Assembly: GCA_038087875.1 (NCBI GenBank)
Contig: JAXLNO010000226.1
Location: 124,001-174,940, forward strand
Origin: Malacoraja senta
Lineage: Eukaryota
Reading direction: 5' to 3'
Length of the DNA stretch: 50,940 bases
Below the pieces are notes generated by a model. That model did no database searches, was not told the origin of the DNA, and saw only the letters and a list, made by a program, of their open reading frames with translations. Below are positions 48,188-50,940 of this stretch, one piece after another (within the stretch, counting starts at the first letter, position 1; each line of letters opens with the position of its first letter). Made by a program: the position numbers and the translations under genes.

Positions 48188-49242
48188 TATAATGTTATCT
48201 GATCTGTTTGAATAGCGTGCGAACAAAGCGTTTCACTGTCCCTTGGTACACATGACAATAATAAACCTAAACATGATTAAATGTGGTCTTGGTGATGGTG
48301 GATCCACATAAAGTAGAGACAACACTTTAATCCTATCACAGTTCAGCCTAAGCCTAATCCTTCAAATCAGAGCAAATAGATTTAAATATAGAATAGTTTT
48401 GATAGATCTAAGTGATTTTAAATGACAAGGAGTTAAGCAAGTGCAGTAATATTTTACAGGCCATCCCACACAGAACATAAATATTTTAAAATATTTTTAT
48501 TAAAGGTATTTCACAAGCTAAAGAAAACACTTAGTTTTGGAGGACATCCGCCCTAACAGATGTTATTTTGGTTAACACAAAATGCTGGAGAAACTCAGCG
48601 GGTGTGGCAGCATCAATGGAGAGAAGGAATTGGCGACCTTTCGGGTCGAGACCCTTCTTCAGACTGATGTCAGGGGAGGGGGTCGGACAAAGAAAGAAAT
48701 TGGGCAGAGACAGTGGGACTAGTGGGAGGACTGGGAAGGGGGAGGGGAAGGAGAAAGAGGGGAAAATACTACAGAGACAGATAGGTGCTGAAATAGCAAA
48801 AATGCTAAATGTTATAACAAGTAATAACATTTAGTACTTTTACCTATATAAAAGTTGCATTGTATTCCTGCATTGTAAATTGCGCAGAGATCTGCCCCTT
48901 AATTATTTTTATTTTTAAATGGGGCAAAATATGTTCATAAGTGATAGGAGCAGAATTCGGCCCATCAAGTCTACTCCGCCATTCTATCATGGCTGAACTA
49001 TCTTTCCCTCTTAACCTCTGACACCTTAACTAATCAAGAATCTACCTATCTCTATCTTAAAAAAATATCCACTGACCTGGCCTCCAAAGCCTTCTGTGGC
49101 AATGAATTCCACAGAATCACCACCCTCTGACTAAAGAAATGTCTCCTTATCTTCCTAAAGGAACATCCTTTAATTCTGAGGCTGTGTCCTCTGGTCCTAG
49201 TCTCTTCCACTAGTGGAAAGATCCTCCCCACATCCACTATCC

Positions 49243-49665
49243 AAGGTAGATAAAAATGCTGGAGAAACTCAGCGGATGCGGCAGCATCTATGGAGCGAAG
49301 GAAATAGGCGACGTTTCAGGCCGAAACCCTTCTTCAGACTGATGCAGGGTGGGGGGGGAAGAAGGAAGAGGAGGAGCCAGGGGGCTGAGGGAGAGCTGAG
49401 AAGGGGAGGAGACAGCAAGGACTACCTGAAATTGGAGAAGTCAATATTCATACCGCTGGGGTGTAAACTACCCAAGCGGAATATGAGGTGCTGCTCCTCC
49501 AATTTCCAGTGGTGCTCACTCTGGCAATGGAGGAGGCCCAGAACACAAAGGTCGGATTCGGAATGGGAGGGGGAGTTGAAGTGCTGAGCCACAGGGAGAT
49601 CAGGTTGGTTAATGCGGACCGAGCGGAGGTGTTCGACGAAACGATCGCCAATCCTAGGCTTGATC
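49243..49665 (-). mobile_element. Penelope 3' fragment
   Basis: Homologous to 7618-8085. Confidence 0.8.
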
Positions 49666-50940
49666 CAAGCTTTTCACTATTCGGTAAGTTTTAATGAGGA
49701 TCCCCCCCCCCCCTCATTCTTCTAAACTCCAGCGAGTACAGGCCCAGTGCCGACATATATGCTCATCATATATTAACCCGCTGATTCCTGGGATCATTCT
49801 CGTAAACCTCCCCTGGACCCTCTCCAGAGCCAGCACATCCCTCCTCAGATATGGGGCCCAAAATTGTTCAGGACATTCCTAATGGGGCCTTGCAGAGCCC
49901 CAGCATGAGCGATACAAACACGGAATTCAGATCATAGAAAATATTACAGGAGGAATTAAAATATCTCATGAAGGCAAGGTTCTGTTTAATCAAAGTTTGG
50001 AAATGACAAGGAAGAAACAAACACTCCATAAAAGCAAGAAGATAGACACAAAAAGCTGGGGTAACTCAATGAGAGTTTCTGCAGTTCCTTCCTACTCCAT
50101 AAAAGCAAAATCTGAAATGTACAGACGGAAAATTAAAAAGTGCGCCCATTCGTGGGAGGTGGGAAATTAAAGATCAATAACATGGGACATCACAAAACTA
50201 CAGAGGGATGTCTAACTTTAAGTATAGATCATATATTTCAAACACCAACAAAGCGCTTTAGTTTGTAAATTATAGTACAGTTACATAGTATTTTTAAACC
50301 AGTAACACAATTTAGCCAACATTTCACTAACTTATTTTATATATTTTTTAAAGAAAGAAATAACAAATGTTTATAAAATCCTCAATGTTTTCTCAACTCC
50401 AAGGATAGCTGACAAACAATGATAAAAACTAAAAGCCAAGGATCACAAAATATTTGAGAGAGATTGGCAGGCAGATTGCACAAACTCGGAATATCTTTTC
50501 TGGAGGTTGAGGGGGGAAGTGATAGAAATATATAAAATTACGAGAGGCAGGCAGAAGAACCTCTTTCCCAGGGTGATAGGTCAAGGTCTGGAGGCTTTAG
50601 CTTTAAGGAGGGGAGGGGAGGGGGGGGGGGGGGAGTTTAAAGGAGATGTGCGGGGCAAGTTTTTTTTTACAGACACAGATAGATGTGGGTGCCTGGAACT
50701 CGCTGCCAGGGGTGTTTGTTGGTGGAGGCTGACAATGGTGGTGTTTAAGTGGATTTTAGATAGGCACATGGTATGCATGGAGTGGAGGGATCTACATCAC
50801 GTGCGGTCATAGCAGAATCCACGACATTTGGTCACAAACATTGAGGGTCTAATGGTCTGTTCCTGTGTGAAAAGACTTGCCCTGAACAACGCATTTAAAG
50901 TTTGCCCCTCTATGCCAGGGAGCTGTGGACTAGCACCCAA

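Overview
Eukaryotic, vertebrate, repeat-saturated genomic DNA. The repeat complement (several CR1/HER1-type LINE families, HE1/V-SINE-like SINEs, Penelope tails, Rex1/Babar, L2, Tc1, Harbinger and Tigger MITEs) points to a cartilaginous fish, probably a skate or ray (inference). The only host gene found is the 5' part of SCAP (SREBP cleavage-activating protein) on the minus strand. It has three coding exons (8283-8162, 4648-4519, 3537-3380) with canonical AG/GT sites, spliced in frame. Everything right of 8353 is probably SCAP intron 1; no exon 1 was found. The most notable structure, at 39518-41990, is a Gypsy LTR retrotransposon remnant: 5' LTR, an exact 18-nt tRNA-Leu primer-binding site, then an intronless antisense KIF4 (chromokinesin) C-terminal cDNA fragment, then a pol/integrase fragment. 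This looks like host mRNA capture by an LTR element. Other signals: many Penelope minimal hammerhead motifs, GC-rich non-autonomous elements sharing a covarying Rex1-type 3' stem-loop, a 1024-bp TIR element with a 7-bp TSD, and three cases of locally copied inverted sequence. All homology calls are from recalled protein and repeat motifs, not from searches.
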